This document shows positions 28,187 through 41,530 of a stretch of DNA of 64,000 nucleotides, piece by piece. Location of the stretch: the NCBI GenBank assembly GCA_030295235.1, contig AP026139.1, positions 620,001-684,000 of the forward strand, written 5' to 3'. The DNA comes from Fistulifera solaris (lineage: Eukaryota). Numbering within the stretch: position 1 is the first letter of the stretch; the number at the start of each line of letters is the position of its first letter. The notes below the pieces were generated by a model. The model made no database searches, was not told the DNA's origin, and saw only the letters and a list, made by a program, of their open reading frames with translations. The position numbers were made by a program, and so were the translations under genes.

Positions 28187-29927
28187 ATGACGACCGCGGA
28201 AGAGGTAAGGAACGCATTTGCATTCGATCCAGATAACCGTTTACACACACACACACACATAAACTCACTGTACTCTCATATTAGCACAAAGCGCTAGGCA
28301 ATACGGCCCTACAGGCAGGCAACTTTACGAAAGCCATTGAGGAATACTCGGCCGCGATTCGACTCGACGGTACCAATCACGTTTACTACAGCAACCGCAG
28401 CGCTGCTTATCTTTCAAAGGATGATGCTCCCAATGCTTTGGAGGACGCGAATGCATGTATTGCTTTGAATCCGACCTTTGTCAAAGGATATTCTCGGAAA
28501 GGAGCGGCTCTGCATGCTTTGAAGCGTTACAATGATGCGATTGCGGCATTCGAGGAAGGGTTGAAGATAGCCCCGGGTGATGCAGCATTAATCAAAGGAC
28601 TCGAATCGGTCAAGCAAGAACAGAAAGGAGGACCCGGGCCTGTTTCGGGTTTATTCGGCCCGGAAATGATGTCAAACATGGCTCGTGATCCTCGATTGGC
28701 GGTCATGTTGCAAGATCCGGACATCCAAGCCAAAATTCGTCTCGTTCAGTCCAATCCGGAAATGTTGCAGAGTATTTTGCAGGATCCCAAAATGATGAAA
28801 CTCTTTTCACTCATGATGGTGGCTCCAGAAGAGGAGGAAGAAAAACCAGCCGCACGTGCTCCGGCTCCAGCACCGGTCCCGGAACCCGAACCGGAAGAAG
28901 ATTGGTCTCAGCTTTCCCCGGAGGAACGCGCCGAGAAAGAGAAACAAAAGGCAGCGAATGAAATGAAAAAGAAAGGAAATGACTTGTACAAAGACAAGAA
29001 ATTTGACGAGGCCTTGGCGGCGTATGATCAAGCCATTGCGATTGACCCAACGAACATGGCGTTTCATTCTAACAAGGCGGCGGTGTATTTGACCAGTAAG
29101 CAATACGACGAATGCATCGAGGCGTGCATGAAAGCGGTCGAAGTGGGAAAAGAAAATCGTGCGTCCTTTGAGGATCGCGCAAAGCTTACGCTCGGGCGGC
29201 CAAGGCGTATCAGAAGAAGGGAGATTTGGAGAAAGCGATTGAAATGTGCAATGAAGCCCAGTTAGAGTCGTACGATTCAGCTACACAGCGACTGTTGAAA
29301 ACGTTGGAATTGGAGAAGAAAAAGGCAGACACATTGGCGTACCAAGATGACGCGAAGGCCGAAGAAGCCAAACAAAAAGGAAACGATTTCTTTCGCGCGC
29401 AGCAGTGGCCCCAAGCCGTGGAGCAGTACGAAGAGGCTGTTAAACGAGCTCCCAAAAATGCAGCCATCCGTAACAACTTGGCGGCAGCCCTTTGTAAAAT
29501 CATGGATTTCAATGGAGCCATCCGACAAATTGAAGAGGCTCTGGCGCTTGATCCAAAGTACGTCAAAGCCTATGCTCGCAAGGGCGATATTGAGATGTAT
29601 CGGAAGGAATTCCACAAAGCAATGGACTCGTACAACAAGGGACTTTCTATAGAACCCGACAACAAAGCCTGCTTGGAAGGACTCAGCAAATGTAGAACAG
29701 CCATTCAAATGGGCCGACGCAATATGACGGCGGAAGAGAAGCAAGAGCAAGCGGCGCACGCCATGGCGGATCCAGAGATCCAATCCATTGTTTCAGATCC
29801 TATTGTGCAGCAAGTACTGCGAGACCTGCAGGAAAACCCGGCGTCCATACAACAAGTCATGCAGGATGCCAATATGAGAAGCAAGATCGAGAAGCTTATC
29901 GCGTCTGGTATCATCGAGACTGCTTAG
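28187..29927 (+). CDS. STI1: Hsp70/Hsp90 organising co-chaperone STI1/HOP
   Basis: MTTAEE|HKALGN..NHVYYSNRSAAY (TPR1), DP1, KKKGNDLYK (TPR2A), KQKGNDFF (TPR2B), AMADPEIQSIVSDP (DP2). Intron ~28205-28284, indel ~29183. Confidence 0.96.
28243..28259. repeat. (CA)n microsatellite in STI1 intron 1
   Basis: acacacacacacacaca visible directly. Confidence 0.8.
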
Positions 29928-31020
29928 GAGAGTAGACAACGCACGAACATGCGCACAAAAAGTAGAGATAGTAGCATCAACATACCTGGTAGTAATGTGA
30001 ATTGGTCAGCCATTCCAAACTTACTTTATCAATCTGTGCAAAGGAAAAGATACCGGAAAGCAATCTACCATAGACTCCGTTTCGCGCGTCGGGCAAAGAA
30101 AGCGACACAAATCAATAGCATAGACTACCTCGCAACCTCCAATAAACTCATTGTGTGGGTCTCTAGAATGTGGACGCTCGCTCAAAGCTTACGGAATGAT
30201 GCAATGTACACGAATGAAGGAAGAAAGGATAGGGAATATGTGCTATCTCTTAACTGTGCGATGCTAGTTTAGGTCACAAACGTAAGGCGAAAGTCAAAGT
30301 ACACTATAATTATTCCTCAGCGCCGAAGAGTGACGCCAGTCATTCCGCAAGTGAAAGATTCTTGTTCACATCATCCTAGACGTAGAGATCCTAGAGAGTC
30401 TACTATTTCAAGCAGCTGCAAGTATTTTAACCTTGGACTAGAACATTTCCTCCTCGGAGCATTTCATAAGAGATTTTATTGGTAGTCAGTAGTCAGCTTT
30501 GATCAAGAAATCAGGACGCGTCGTCTTCCTGTTGAATGTTTGTGAAAGCCGCCTTAGAAAGTGACGTCACTTTTACTGTACAGCAATGACAAAGAGAACT
30601 TGAGTACCGGTTTGGACCATAGGGGAAATGGGAACTCGAAAGAACGTCAAGAGTCAAGAGTTCTAATCACGCCGTTAAGAAGAGGATGTGACGTAGGTCT
30701 GGTTTCTGTAGAAGATACCATTTTCATATGCGTACGTATGTACTCAATTTAGACAGTCGCTGCATGACATCTGACAACGTGTGACACCGCACACTACAAT
30801 GCGGCTGATACTGCTTTGCTATGGGTCCTCCGAAAAACAACAAGCAAACGACTGGCTTGGGCCGGGCGATATTTGCACGTGTTCAAAGGACCCCCATTTT
30901 GCTCCTTTACTTGTATTTTTGAGAACATGCTTTCTATTCGAGGGAGAGAGGCAACAAGGATGATAGCTATTTCGTGGTTTCCAGCATAAACTAAAAAATA
31001 TCAGATGCTACCTTTTTAAA

Positions 31021-33070
31021 ATGAAGCGACCCAGTGAAGAGGATTCGAATGACAGCTGCTCACGAAAAGAGGAAAAAACGGAGTCTCTTGTTGACTTGTT
31101 GAGTCAAGGCAGATGGGATGATGCATTACAAAATATTCGATCCAACCCATCTTCCCTCGAGAATACCCCGGATCCAACGCCTTTGGCACTAGCATGTCGA
31201 TCGGGAGCTCCTTACGAATGTATTTCTGCTTTGCTGGAAGCTTGTCCGAAACATCTTCGACGAGTGTTAGACTCGAGAGGAACTCCTTTGCACGAAGCAA
31301 TAGTTTGCGAAAATACCGAGACGTCCGTGATCGAGCTTTTACTCCGAAAGGACGAAGAAATGGAAGGTGATCGATCAACTTTGCTGCAAGATGTTGACGG
31401 ATTTACTCCTCTTCACTTGCTGATTCGGAGGCGTTTTCAGACACACATACTGCAAGAGGGTACCAATTTATTGCAGATCTTGGAGTTGTTAGTTCGCTCA
31501 TGCCCGGACGCTGTCATCGTTCCTGACAGAGGAGAGTATGAAGAGCCTCCTCTTGTTTATGCGATCAAAGCGAACGTTTACGCTCCAGTTTTGGGTTTCG
31601 AGGATGATAATCGCGTTGAACGACAAATTTACGAGATGGTTGACTGTATGTTGCGATACAACCCAGCTGCCGCTGGCCGTGTGTTTACAGGCTTTCGTGG
31701 ACAGGTGAGTTTCGAGAAAGCTCTTGAGGACTTCCTTTGGTCGTCAATCTAAACAATTTTGTCTGCTCTCCAGTACACTGCTCTTCACTCGGCTGTCTTT
31801 CACGGGCGCTGCACTGATACGATAGAGCTCATACTACGTGCTGAAGCTGCTTCTCTCACTTCACCCAATCAACGAAGGGCTGCTTTGTTGCAAAACACTC
31901 AAGGAGAAATCCCCTTACACTTTTGCGCGATGCGCAGCGAGCGGCCAAGAACGGTTGCAGTTATAGCCGATGCTGCTCCGGAAGGCGTACTCAAAAAGGA
32001 TTCCTCTGGTCTGACGCCACTTCATTGGCTGTGGATTCGATTTGTCAGCACTTTGCTGACCTTGGAAAACGGAGGTCGCGGTACGAATGTTACGATTGCA
32101 TTACCTTCGAGGCGTCCGCTGCCGCTTGTAGAGATCAGCCGTTACGCGGAGTTTGCAACCCTTGAGCAAGGAAATTTCGATGCGGACTCGCAGCTCATCA
32201 AGCGAATGGACCCATCAATTGATTTTTCTTCGCATGCGCCACATTCCGATAGAAATACTGGCTGATTCGGACTGCCTGAGGAGGGCTAGCCGTTCGGTTG
32301 AATTGCTACGCCGAATACGTGAACAACACCTTGAAGCTATCCGTACAAATAGTGATGAAATGAAAGAGTGGACAAGAGAGGAAGTTGTAACGGCATTCTT
32401 CTGGTCGAAGGTTATATCGCTTTTACAAAGTGCCAACAAGGCTGCTGGTGTCCCTTTCGTCGGAGAGAGAAATCTTCTGCATATTGCTCTTAGTAGCAAG
32501 TGCTGCCCATCGTGGATATGCTACATGGTGGCGCAAATGTATCCTGAAGAGTGGATGCTGAAGGATGGCAAAGGGAGGCTTCCTTTGCATTGTGCTGCTG
32601 GTCGGTCATGGGATCGCTGGGACTGGCCATGTCCAGAGCCGTTGGGCGATGCCACTGCCACGAAATTGTTGTTGTACGACTCACTCCGCATAATGAAATG
32701 GGCACTCGATTTGACACCGCCAGAAGTATTGCACATTGTCGACAATGATAGCAGATTAGTGCTTCACCACGTAATCAACACGTTTGTCACTGCGAGCGCA
32801 CTGATAAGTAGACCAATGCAAGATGATCCCTTTGACGATATGCTATTGCTGATCAGAAACATTGTACGCTTGAATCCTGATGCACTTCACTGCCGGGACG
32901 GAGTGACAATGCTGTATCCATTTCAACAAGCAGCAACAAGAACAACAGCAGCGGTATCCCATCATTCTCAGCACGCGAGCATACTTCGTTCCGATCTCCT
33001 TTCGGTCAGCTTAGCGTACGAGTTACTCAGAGAAAGCCCCACTATCCTTGAAATTGCTCGGGGACATTAG
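31021..33070 (+). CDS. Ankyrin-repeat protein (diatom-expanded type)
   Basis: Repeated ankyrin cores TPLALAC, GTPLHEAI, GFTPLHLLI, YTALHSAV, GEIPLHFCA, GLTPLHWLW, GRLPLHCAA; C-terminal LYPFQQAA..AYELLRESP. Intron ~31705-31773, indel ~32228. Confidence 0.85.
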
Positions 33071-33264
33071 ACATTAACTCATTGCTTTTCCCAAGAGCTG
33101 AATTACATTTGACTGTAAAACTTTGAGATGAAGCATGAAAGCCTGTACATTATCACATGAAAGATCTCGATTCGTTGCGGCTAATAGGGTAACCCCACTT
33201 CATATACATATAGACAACCTTTTGATCGGTTTGGAAAGAAATGTCTGTGGTAGCATTGTATCTA

Positions 33265-34547
33265 TCAAAACCGTTCCGGGGAACAAAACTCGAACTGCCA
33301 TGCATCCAGGTTGTTATCAAGAGCAAAGTCGGCCATCATTGCTCCAAGAGCCGGGGTCATTTTGAAGCTACAAAAAGTGAGCAATCGTTTGATGCGAGAT
33401 CCGTTGGACTACACACATTGCATCTGCTTACCCATGGCCCGATAATCCAGCAACGCCAAACACTCTCGAACTTTCTCGGAGAGGTCCAATCAGATAGTTA
33501 GAGTCAGGTGTCATCGTATACAAGCATGGTAGTATTTTTCTGAACACTGTCCCTCGATAGCCCAAGAGAGACTGGTTGTATGATAACAAAGAAGCCGACA
33601 CCATTTCTTGCATTTCTAAGCCAGACACGTCGATGGGATTATTACTAGCGCCCTGCAAAATATCTTCTCTGCCGTGTACTCCAACTTTGAGCCACTGTTT
33701 GTGCTTTGTGGTCGTCCGAGTCGCAAGGCAACCCGTAAAGTGGAAAAGGCCATGCCGGCGTATCCATCACCCACGTTGGCATGTTTTGATATCCATAAAG
33801 ATTAGGGTCAGTTGCGCTCGATACGTCAATCCATGCGGATAGCTGTCGAAGAACTCTTAGATATGGAGACCATGATGGCAAAAGTTGCCCAGCCCAGCCA
33901 CCCGCGCTTATCAGCAAAGCCTTTGTCTGAATAACTTCGTTCTCTCCGTCACCCAATCTCAGCACGATCTCCACGTAGGATCCCAGTTCTTGATACGAAA
34001 CAACAGTGGTTTCTTCTCTGATCGTTGTTTGACTGTGCTGTTCGGCCTCTTTCAATGCTGCATCGATTATGAGTTCTGGCCTCAAGATGCCACCTCCGGG
34101 CTCATACAAGCCGACCAAAGGATGATGACTTAAGGTTGTATCATCGAAATTGAATTGCGGAAAACGATCTCGGAGGTTTGGGTTGCTCATGTATTCAACT
34201 GGTATTCCGTACTTTTCTGCAGAATCGCAAGACGCTTGCAGCCGCGGAGGCAGCGATCCATCGAAATTTCCTGGTGCCATTAACAGGGTTCCACACTCCT
34301 GCATAAGGGAAGTACTGCAAAACTTTTCCAGTTGCTGAAACTGCTGGATGGAATACTCAATCCATGGTACGTAGCTAGGATGTTCATAATAAGCGCGTCG
34401 GTAGATCCTTGTGTTGCCGTGTGAGCTGCCCCGAGTATGGCCTCTTGAGAATCTTTCGATTCCCAACGATCGCGCTCCACCTTTAGCAAGTGCCCGCAAG
34501 GCGAAGGAGCCTACTCCTCCCAGTCCGACAACCACTGCATCATACAT
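33265..34547 (-). CDS. Monomeric sarcosine oxidase / N-methyltryptophan oxidase (SolA/PIPOX family)
   Basis: YDAVVVGLGGVG, GSSHGNTRIYRRAY, AGGW, CLYTMTPDSNYLIG, GLSGHG|FKMTPALG. Intron ~33369-33431, indel near 33690. Confidence 0.9.
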
Positions 34548-34742
34548 TGCTTCTTCTTGCGTTCTGTTTTTGCTTTTCAAGAAGAATGAGCCACGAAAGA
34601 CAAGCCAACACAGAACGCGCGAAATGTGTGACACGCACCAGGCTCCAGAACCGAGTCATTTTCGTCTATGCATCCGGTTTTGAAAAGTCATTTTACCGTA
34701 TCTACGAAACAACGTGACCGGGCAGTTTAAGATATCTCAGAC

Positions 34743-35984
34743 TCAGAATGGCAAACCCTTTTGGGCGCAACTATATTTATTATTGGTTAAAAGACTTCGT
34801 TGCTTCGTGCTAGCATCGTGTAGCTTGATAAGAGCCTCTTTGATTTCTTTCATGTGAGGTCTATCGGCTAGTGATTCTGCCCAGCCACGTTTGAGGACAC
34901 GGCGCAAAATCGTTGGCCATGACCTCGGGATCGTAGGTCGTTCCCCCAGTACAGCCACACATTCTTTCACTTGTGGACCCGCTAAGCCGTCATAAGGCTT
35001 GCATAAAGCCATTAGCTCCCACAAAACGACGGCGTAAGAGAAAACATCGCACTTAACATTGTAGGGATGCTTGCGAATCACCTCCACCGCCATATACCTC
35101 GCAGTCCCTGTATTTCCGGCTAAATTGAATGTCGAGTCAAGATTGCTCCCTGCCGGAAGTTCGACCGCTAAGCCGAAATCGAAGATCTTCAAAGTTCCGT
35201 GGCAATCGTAGCCGACGTTGCCAGGCTTCAAATCGCGGTAAATGATCCTGTTTTCGTGGAGATATTCCAGTGCGGCAGCAATGTCGATTGCGCTTTGTAA
35301 GCGTTCTGAAAATAATTGCATTCGAACGGTAGCACGATTTGCTTTTAACATGGAACCTTTGCTCTCCTTGGACCGTTCTCGCCATGAGGCTATCTTTTTG
35401 CTCAAGGTCTCTTGTAGTTTATCAAAGACCAAAAAGAAACCGTCGGCCCGTCCGGTCTCGGCAAATCCGGCTACTCCCGCAGCAGACCATCCTCTTAATT
35501 CAATGACGTGTTCATGCTTGAGTGCCGACAGAAAATGAGCTTCCATTACTAAATCCTTGGCACCCACAACTAGTTTCTTAGGCTCCAAGGCCAACTTTGG
35601 GTTGAGATGTTTGATAATGTACGTCCTGTCTTTGTTGTCTCCGGCAGTTAACTCATTATCGTTGCGAAATGCCATGATCTCAAAGACATGCGAAAAACCT
35701 CCGTAGGCAATCATTTCACCCACGTGAAGTTCCTCTCGTTCAAAGCGAGGCAAGTCATAGAGTCTACAGTTCGTCTGAACAAAGTGCGATTGTGCTAAAA
35801 CCTGCCCCACTCGCATTTCTGTTCGTTGTACTAAGCGTTCCGCAACATCGTCCGGTAGGCATAGCTCATCGTAGCTATCGTCGACACCTGACATTCCCTT
35901 GCTATCTTGTGAATGTGCCGTAAGTGTCTCAAGTTGATTTACATTTAACTGTGACCGTCTAACAAGAACAGGTGACAAGGGCAT
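34743..35984 (-). CDS. Protein kinase (TKL-like diatom family), tandem copy 1, intronless
   Basis: YGGFSHV, YIIKHL, IIYRDLKPGNVG, KIFDFGLA, GTARYMAVE, DVFSYAVVLWE. Confidence 0.93.
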   Translation of the reverse strand: MPLSPVLVRRSQLNVNQLETLTAHSQDSKGMSGVDDSYDELCLPDDVAERLVQRTEMRVGQVLAQSHFVQTNCRLYDLPRFEREELHVGEMIAYGGFSHVFEIMAFRNDNELTAGDNKDRTYIIKHLNPKLALEPKKLVVGAKDLVMEAHFLSALKHEHVIELRGWSAAGVAGFAETGRADGFFLVFDKLQETLSKKIASWRERSKESKGSMLKANRATVRMQLFSERLQSAIDIAAALEYLHENRIIYRDLKPGNVGYDCHGTLKIFDFGLAVELPAGSNLDSTFNLAGNTGTARYMAVEVIRKHPYNVKCDVFSYAVVLWELMALCKPYDGLAGPQVKECVAVLGERPTIPRSWPTILRRVLKRGWAESLADRPHMKEIKEALIKLHDASTKQRSLLTNNKYSCAQKGLPF

Positions 35985-36576
35985 GCTGAATACAACACGC
36001 TGGTAAGATTGCGCTAAGAAATACTTTGAAGGAATGAATTAACGAACGTCTCTGTTGGTTAGTAAAGTCTCTTGAAGCTGTTTGCTTTACGTGAAGATGG
36101 AGTTGCCCCTCGTTATATCGGTCACCGTCAAATTGGCACCCCGAAGCCTGCATGCATGCCGGCATGCGGGTACCAGGTATACGGCGTTTTACCACAGAAA
36201 ATTTTTGCCCAAAAATCAGAGTGACTATTTTTGGCATCGAAACGCGTACTCAATGTACATCAACTTCTACAGTATTGATCCCAACGCGGTCACAATTCTT
36301 ACAAAGGCTCACAATTGTTCGACCGCTTCTTTCAAACTCCACGCAGAAACCCCGTCGCTTCTATAGATATTATAGTACAGCAAAAGCTCCGCCTCTTTAG
36401 TCCCAATTTTCGGTCCCGAATTCCTTTCCTAATCACCTGTAAAACATAGCTCCGAGTTAAGAAGGTCGTTTGCAACCTACCGGGCACCGAAAGTAAAAAT
36501 GACGAACATATGGCGAGCAAATCAAACGAATTTACAATCCTAACTCGTCGAAAAGAGTCCTTTAAACATAGCTACT

Positions 36577-37894
36577 TTATGTTAGATTAGTTTCAAAGCA
36601 AAAACTCTGACTCGAATCGCGGAACGTTGGCATCCGGAACTTCTTTCCAGGTGAGACGTCATCGCGTATCTTTTCTAAAGTCGTTTTGATTTTCATCAAA
36701 TCTGGTCGTTCGTGTAAATTCTGGCTCCAGCCTCGTTTGAGTAATTTTCGGAGAGCAAAGGGCCACGACCATGGAATAATGGGCCGCGCACCTTCTAGAG
36801 AAACCATTTCTTTCACCTGAGTACCAGGAAGGCCGTTGTAGGGCTTAAGCATCGCAACGACTTCCCAAAGAAGTATGGAGAATGAAAACACATCGGCTTT
36901 TAAATTATACGGCTCTCTTCGAATGACTTCTACTGCCATGTATCGTGGAGTTCCGGTGTTGCCACCAAGGTAGAAAGTTGCATCAGGGTTCTTTCTAGCC
37001 GGAAGCTCAACTGCCAAGCCAAAGTCGAAAATCTTTAATGTCCCTTCGCCGTCATAGCCAACGTTGCCTGATGAAAGAAGTGAGTCCGGTGCTCACGTCA
37101 TTGATTAGCGGGAAATCATTCTACCTACCAGGCTTTAAGTCACGAAACAGTATTCTCTTGTCGTGCATATATTCAAGTGCAGATGCTACATCGATTGCCG
37201 CATTTAGACGTTCGACAAGCATCTCTGGGCTGCCAATGCATGCAGGTTTTGGTATCGACAAGAGACCTTTTGATTTTGGAGCTTTGCTAGATTCTTCTCG
37301 CCATTGGTTGATTCGTTGCCCAAGGGTTATTGTTAACTTGTCGTAGACCAAGAAGAAGCCGTCCGGTCGGCATGTTTCGGCAAAGCCAGAAACTCCAGCC
37401 GCCGAACATCCCCGTAACTCAATGATGTTTTTGTGCGCCAAGGCGGAAACATAGTAGGCTTCCATCACCAGATCCCGGGCACCTGTCGTGAGCTTTTTAG
37501 TCTCATGGGCAAGTCTTGGTGTCAGACTTTTTACAACGTACTTCCTTCCTCCTTTGACAGGAAGTTGGTGCTGGTTGTGAAACGAGGAGATATCGCAAAT
37601 TGTTGAGAAGCCGCCTAGCCCAACAACATCACCAATTTCAAAATCGCTTCGCTCAAACAGAGGAAGATTCTGTAGTCTATGATTTCGTTTGAGATAAGTC
37701 GTCTGGTTAAGTAGCTCCGATACTCTAAACTCCGTCTTTCGGACCAATTCTTCCGCCTGTTCTGAGGGTATCGTATAATCATCCTCGGTGCTAAAGCCAA
37801 CCGTTGAATGTGCCGATGTCCCTTCGAGTGCCTTGCACTTCGTGAACATTCTATCATCTAAGCTTGCTGTTGTCGGGGGTTGCAGATTTGTCAT
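36577..37894 (-). CDS. Protein kinase (TKL-like diatom family), tandem copy 2, one intron
   Basis: LGGFSTI, YVVKSL, ILFRDLKPG|NVGYD, KIFDFGLA, GTPRYMAVE. GT-AG intron 37068-37128. Clearly paralogous to copy 1. Confidence 0.93.
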
Positions 37895-38703
37895 GGTGTA
37901 TTAAAACTGGTTCTCTCTATCGAAAAGATTGCAAATGGATCTAAAACGGTATCAATAGGAAAAATGGGTTGGTTTTCTACGTCCTTTACTCGTCAACGCG
38001 TACCAGTACTCCGTAAATCGGAGAAGTTGCGGGAGGAAAGTGTCTATATTGTAGGGAACGCAGACATTATTTTAGCTCCACGATTGTTCAATTTAGTTTA
38101 CCAGGTAGTGTAGGGTGTAAGGGGTAGGCCAAAGGCAAAGAGCCAAGAGATAAAAGATCGAACGCCAAACGCTTAACGCCCAAATGCCACATGCCACAAG
38201 GCACAGTCAAAGGGCATCGCAGAGGGCCTTTTGCCTGCTAAGCCCTAGGAAATCCTTGGTTGTCAGTTGTCCGTCGTCAGTCGTCAGACGTAATATTTGT
38301 TCTTCGATGCCGAGTATGACATGTATTGTAGGGAACTTGTGATTTAAAGTCTGAAGTTCTAGAGGCTCGAGACTCTAATGACCATAATGACATCATGAAA
38401 TGACTCCATCGTAGGACGACTACGTATTTGGTATTTGATGCAAACTTCGTTACGGAAGTCATACCTACTAAGATGAACAGTGAGCAATGGGCTACGTTAA
38501 TGTTAACGCTTGCAATCTTGAATCACGACAAGAATACTCAAACTCGAATCGACTATGGCGTCTGGTTTGAAATTAATCAAAAAGCCCAGAGTCTGTAATA
38601 GTATCTTTGGTTTGGTTCTTATCCAAGCAAAGACGGCCAGCGGCTAGGCAAGAACATCGCCAGTGTCCATGATAAGCTTCTCACTAACCAATGACTTCAT
38701 CCA

Positions 38704-39414
38704 CTAATCATGGCGAATGCTTGGGGAACATTCCCAGCTCAGCGAGGATTTCTTCCTCTTTGCCACCATTAACTCGTAGTCATCGTCATCTTCGTGATCG
38801 TATCCTACCAAGTGGAGCATGCCATGAACTAGCAGCATATGAATGCGTTCTTCCGCGTCGTAGATTCGTGCCATGGCACCTGAAACACCCCGTTCATCCT
38901 CCTCTTCTTCGTCGTCACTTTCATCTAGTTGTTCATAATACTCCTTGTCTTCCTGGCATCGACGCATCACGTACGGGACATCCACCAGTAAATCACCTAG
39001 TTGATAGTAGTCCGGTATATCAAACTGAGGCGGCTCTAAGGTTCCCGGCTCGATGTAATCAGAAAAAGGGAACGAAAGAATATCCGATGGAGCATCGACA
39101 CCTCGTGATTCTAAATTGACTGCTTGCATCTCCTCGTCTCCAATCAGTTCTAAGGAAACTCCGTACGTTTCGTAGCCGATGTGTCTTCGAATTCGGCTCA
39201 ATGTTTCCAGTAAGCGAGCCTCGTCTATCTGAAGAACATCGGATAGGTCGTTTTGAAACAGTATCTTGCCTGGAGTAGAAGAGCCCGGCTTGGATCCGTA
39301 ACAACGAATTTGTGTTCGTCCCCGGTGGATGCAAGAGTGCACGGTATAACCGGTTGACGTTCGAAATAAGGCCGAAAGGAAAAGCTTATTCAACATGAAG
39401 AGTGCTTTATTCAT
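38704..39414 (-). CDS. ybeY: Endoribonuclease YbeY, organelle-targeted
   Basis: N..RGVDAPSDILSFP, LGDLLV, signature LLVHGMLHLVGYDHE; N-terminal targeting-like extension. Confidence 0.93.
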   Translation of the reverse strand: MNKALFMLNKLFLSALFRTSTGYTVHSCIHRGRTQIRCYGSKPGSSTPGKILFQNDLSDVLQIDEARLLETLSRIRRHIGYETYGVSLELIGDEEMQAVNLESRGVDAPSDILSFPFSDYIEPGTLEPPQFDIPDYYQLGDLLVDVPYVMRRCQEDKEYYEQLDESDDEEEEDERGVSGAMARIYDAEERIHMLLVHGMLHLVGYDHEDDDDYELMVAKRKKSSLSWECSPSIRHD

Positions 39415-40036
39415 GAGTATTTTAACATTAGATTAGAAATGAATCGAGGGATCTTTTCGTCGAAGGATTATTGCAGCGAATGAATTTTCTCTAACAATTG
39501 TTTTGTCGTTCCAAAGAAAAGCGGATGGCTGGGAAAGACTCGCGACTCGACACAAGACTGAATTCTATGTCTGACCAGTTTCGACCTCTAGAACTATACT
39601 GCGGACACCTGCACAAAGGGATGTCCTTTGATCACAAATGATTGGTGAAATTTTGTTCCTAACTTGGACCAGAATGACATTGTCGGCTCTGAGAATATGG
39701 CTGTACTTTAACCTAGAATAGAATGAGAGAGATGCCTAAAAAATGCGGCAAAATCGGTTGCGACAACTTTACAATTTGAAGTTATTAATAGTTTAATATT
39801 TCTGCGTCGTGTTGCCGATTTCCTTTCAAGTACCGCGCTTCGGAAGCAACATAAGTGAGAGGTCGATAGGCAGAGAAGCCCGATAAACGGTCGACAAATT
39901 ACGTAGCCCGCTAGTTGCGACAAGTTGTTGAATGCTTCCTGTGAAACAAAAGAAAAAGTATCAAGTAGCCACACGTAGCCACACGGAGCCACACAAGGGC
40001 TACACTTGACGTGTGGCCATGGAAATCATCTCACTC

Positions 40037-41032
40037 TCATTCGCGACTTTTTTTCAACAGCAGCTCCAAGCGTCCAGCGATCCGTGGAACCCACATTTTG
40101 TAGCCTTCCAGACTGGGATGCATAGAATCGACCATTCGATCATCTTGTATTTTCCCATCGGGAGTTAAGAACACATCACCACTGTCCATGTAGGCACAAA
40201 ATCTCATCAAATCACAAGTCTTTTTCAGTTCGGCATTGATCCAGAGCGAATTTTTCCATTGTCTCCCCAATGTAAAACGATTTTCCAGTTCATTGTAATC
40301 GGGACCGCGGAAAGGCTTTTGGTCACTGCACGGCAACAAACCGTGAACGAGTATCATGGCATCGGGTTTTTGTCGATGCACCACGTGAATGACTTGAAGA
40401 ATACCGGCCAGTGTCGTTCGCTTATTACAACCATCTCGTCCCATATTGTTAGTACCCAGCAGTATCACAAAAGCTTTCGGTTGCAACGACTCGGGCAGCA
40501 ATCCATTTTGTAAATGCCACAAAAAATGTCCGGTAGTATCTCCCGAAGACCCCAAGATCAAACCTTTCATCCGCTCCGTTTGAAAGTACTGATCAAAGAC
40601 GACTCGTTTATTGGCGAAATACGCCGGCTGATGACCATTCATCCGCGTTCCATTGAGACGTTCCAAGATGGAATCACCCAAAAAAACGACATCGAGTTGA
40701 CTCGGTGCAGCGGCGGCGACTTGTTTCATCCGCTGATGATGCGCTCGCCACAGTTGTCGTTTGTACATGTAAGCGACTGTCGGATCCCGACACGAGCAGT
40801 GTGTTACAACAAAGTCATCGTCATCGTCATCGTCGTCTTGACAGAACAACGGATTGGGAGCCGCGATGAGGAGCGGGTCGGTGGATCGTTCTGGGTCTCG
40901 TATTGGCGTGAGCGGATTGTCACGGGGGTGCTGGCCCAGTATGTAAACAACTACTACAAAGAGAACAGCAAATATATGTCGTTTTCCAAAACTGTTAGAC
41001 GGTGTTGGTAAAGAAGGGCTTATGATTGTCAT
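40037..41032 (-). CDS. SGNH/GDSL hydrolase (PAF-acetylhydrolase Ib-like), type II membrane
   Basis: VVFLGDSI, SGDTT..LW.L, LLGTNN, DSMHPS..GY blocks; N-terminal TM segment. Confidence 0.9.
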   Translation of the reverse strand: MTIISPSLPTPSNSFGKRHIFAVLFVVVVYILGQHPRDNPLTPIRDPERSTDPLLIAAPNPLFCQDDDDDDDDFVVTHCSCRDPTVAYMYKRQLWRAHHQRMKQVAAAAPSQLDVVFLGDSILERLNGTRMNGHQPAYFANKRVVFDQYFQTERMKGLILGSSGDTTGHFLWHLQNGLLPESLQPKAFVILLGTNNMGRDGCNKRTTLAGILQVIHVVHRQKPDAMILVHGLLPCSDQKPFRGPDYNELENRFTLGRQWKNSLWINAELKKTCDLMRFCAYMDSGDVFLTPDGKIQDDRMVDSMHPSLEGYKMWVPRIAGRLELLLKKSRE

Positions 41033-41530
41033 GGTGCCAGATAATGGAGAATGAAAAGGACGGACTATATGGAAGCTGCTACCGGTACTACGTACCTGGT
41101 AAGTCTACTAGTAGGCACGGACCTGCAAAAAGTGAAAAAGACCGTCAAAACAGTTATTTCATGTCTTACATGTCTTACCGGCTTTATTTAACTTTGTCCC
41201 TTTTGTCTTACCGTTGCACCTCCTTTTCCACGAGTGAAACCGCGGAACCATCGTCTTGGGTCTTGGGTGTGATGAAGCGTTCCGAGTAGACTGTGTGCCG
41301 TTGTGTACACTGTTACTCTTTCGCGGTATTGGACAAGACCAGCAAACCGCAAACGGAAGCTGGCCCGTTTTCATTCGTCGCCAAACGACGAACAAGATCC
41401 ATTTTCTTTCACACCTCACAATAATTATTAATCACACACTCATCGTGACAAACAAATCATCATTATTTGATTTTACCTGTTTCTCTTCGTGAAGCATTCA
41501 TCTTAACCCTTTCTCTCTCTTCTTCTCAAC

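Noticed and set aside
29277..29783. Long antisense ORFs here and at 49303-50067, 45394-45891, 13183-13728 and 10751-11239
   Set aside because: They are shadows of well-supported genes on the opposite strand and carry no domain motifs.
29949..31000. Short ORFs in the 1-kb gap after STI1 and in other intergenic gaps (38100-38700, 50300-51080)
   Set aside because: No homology cues; they look like UTR or promoter sequence.
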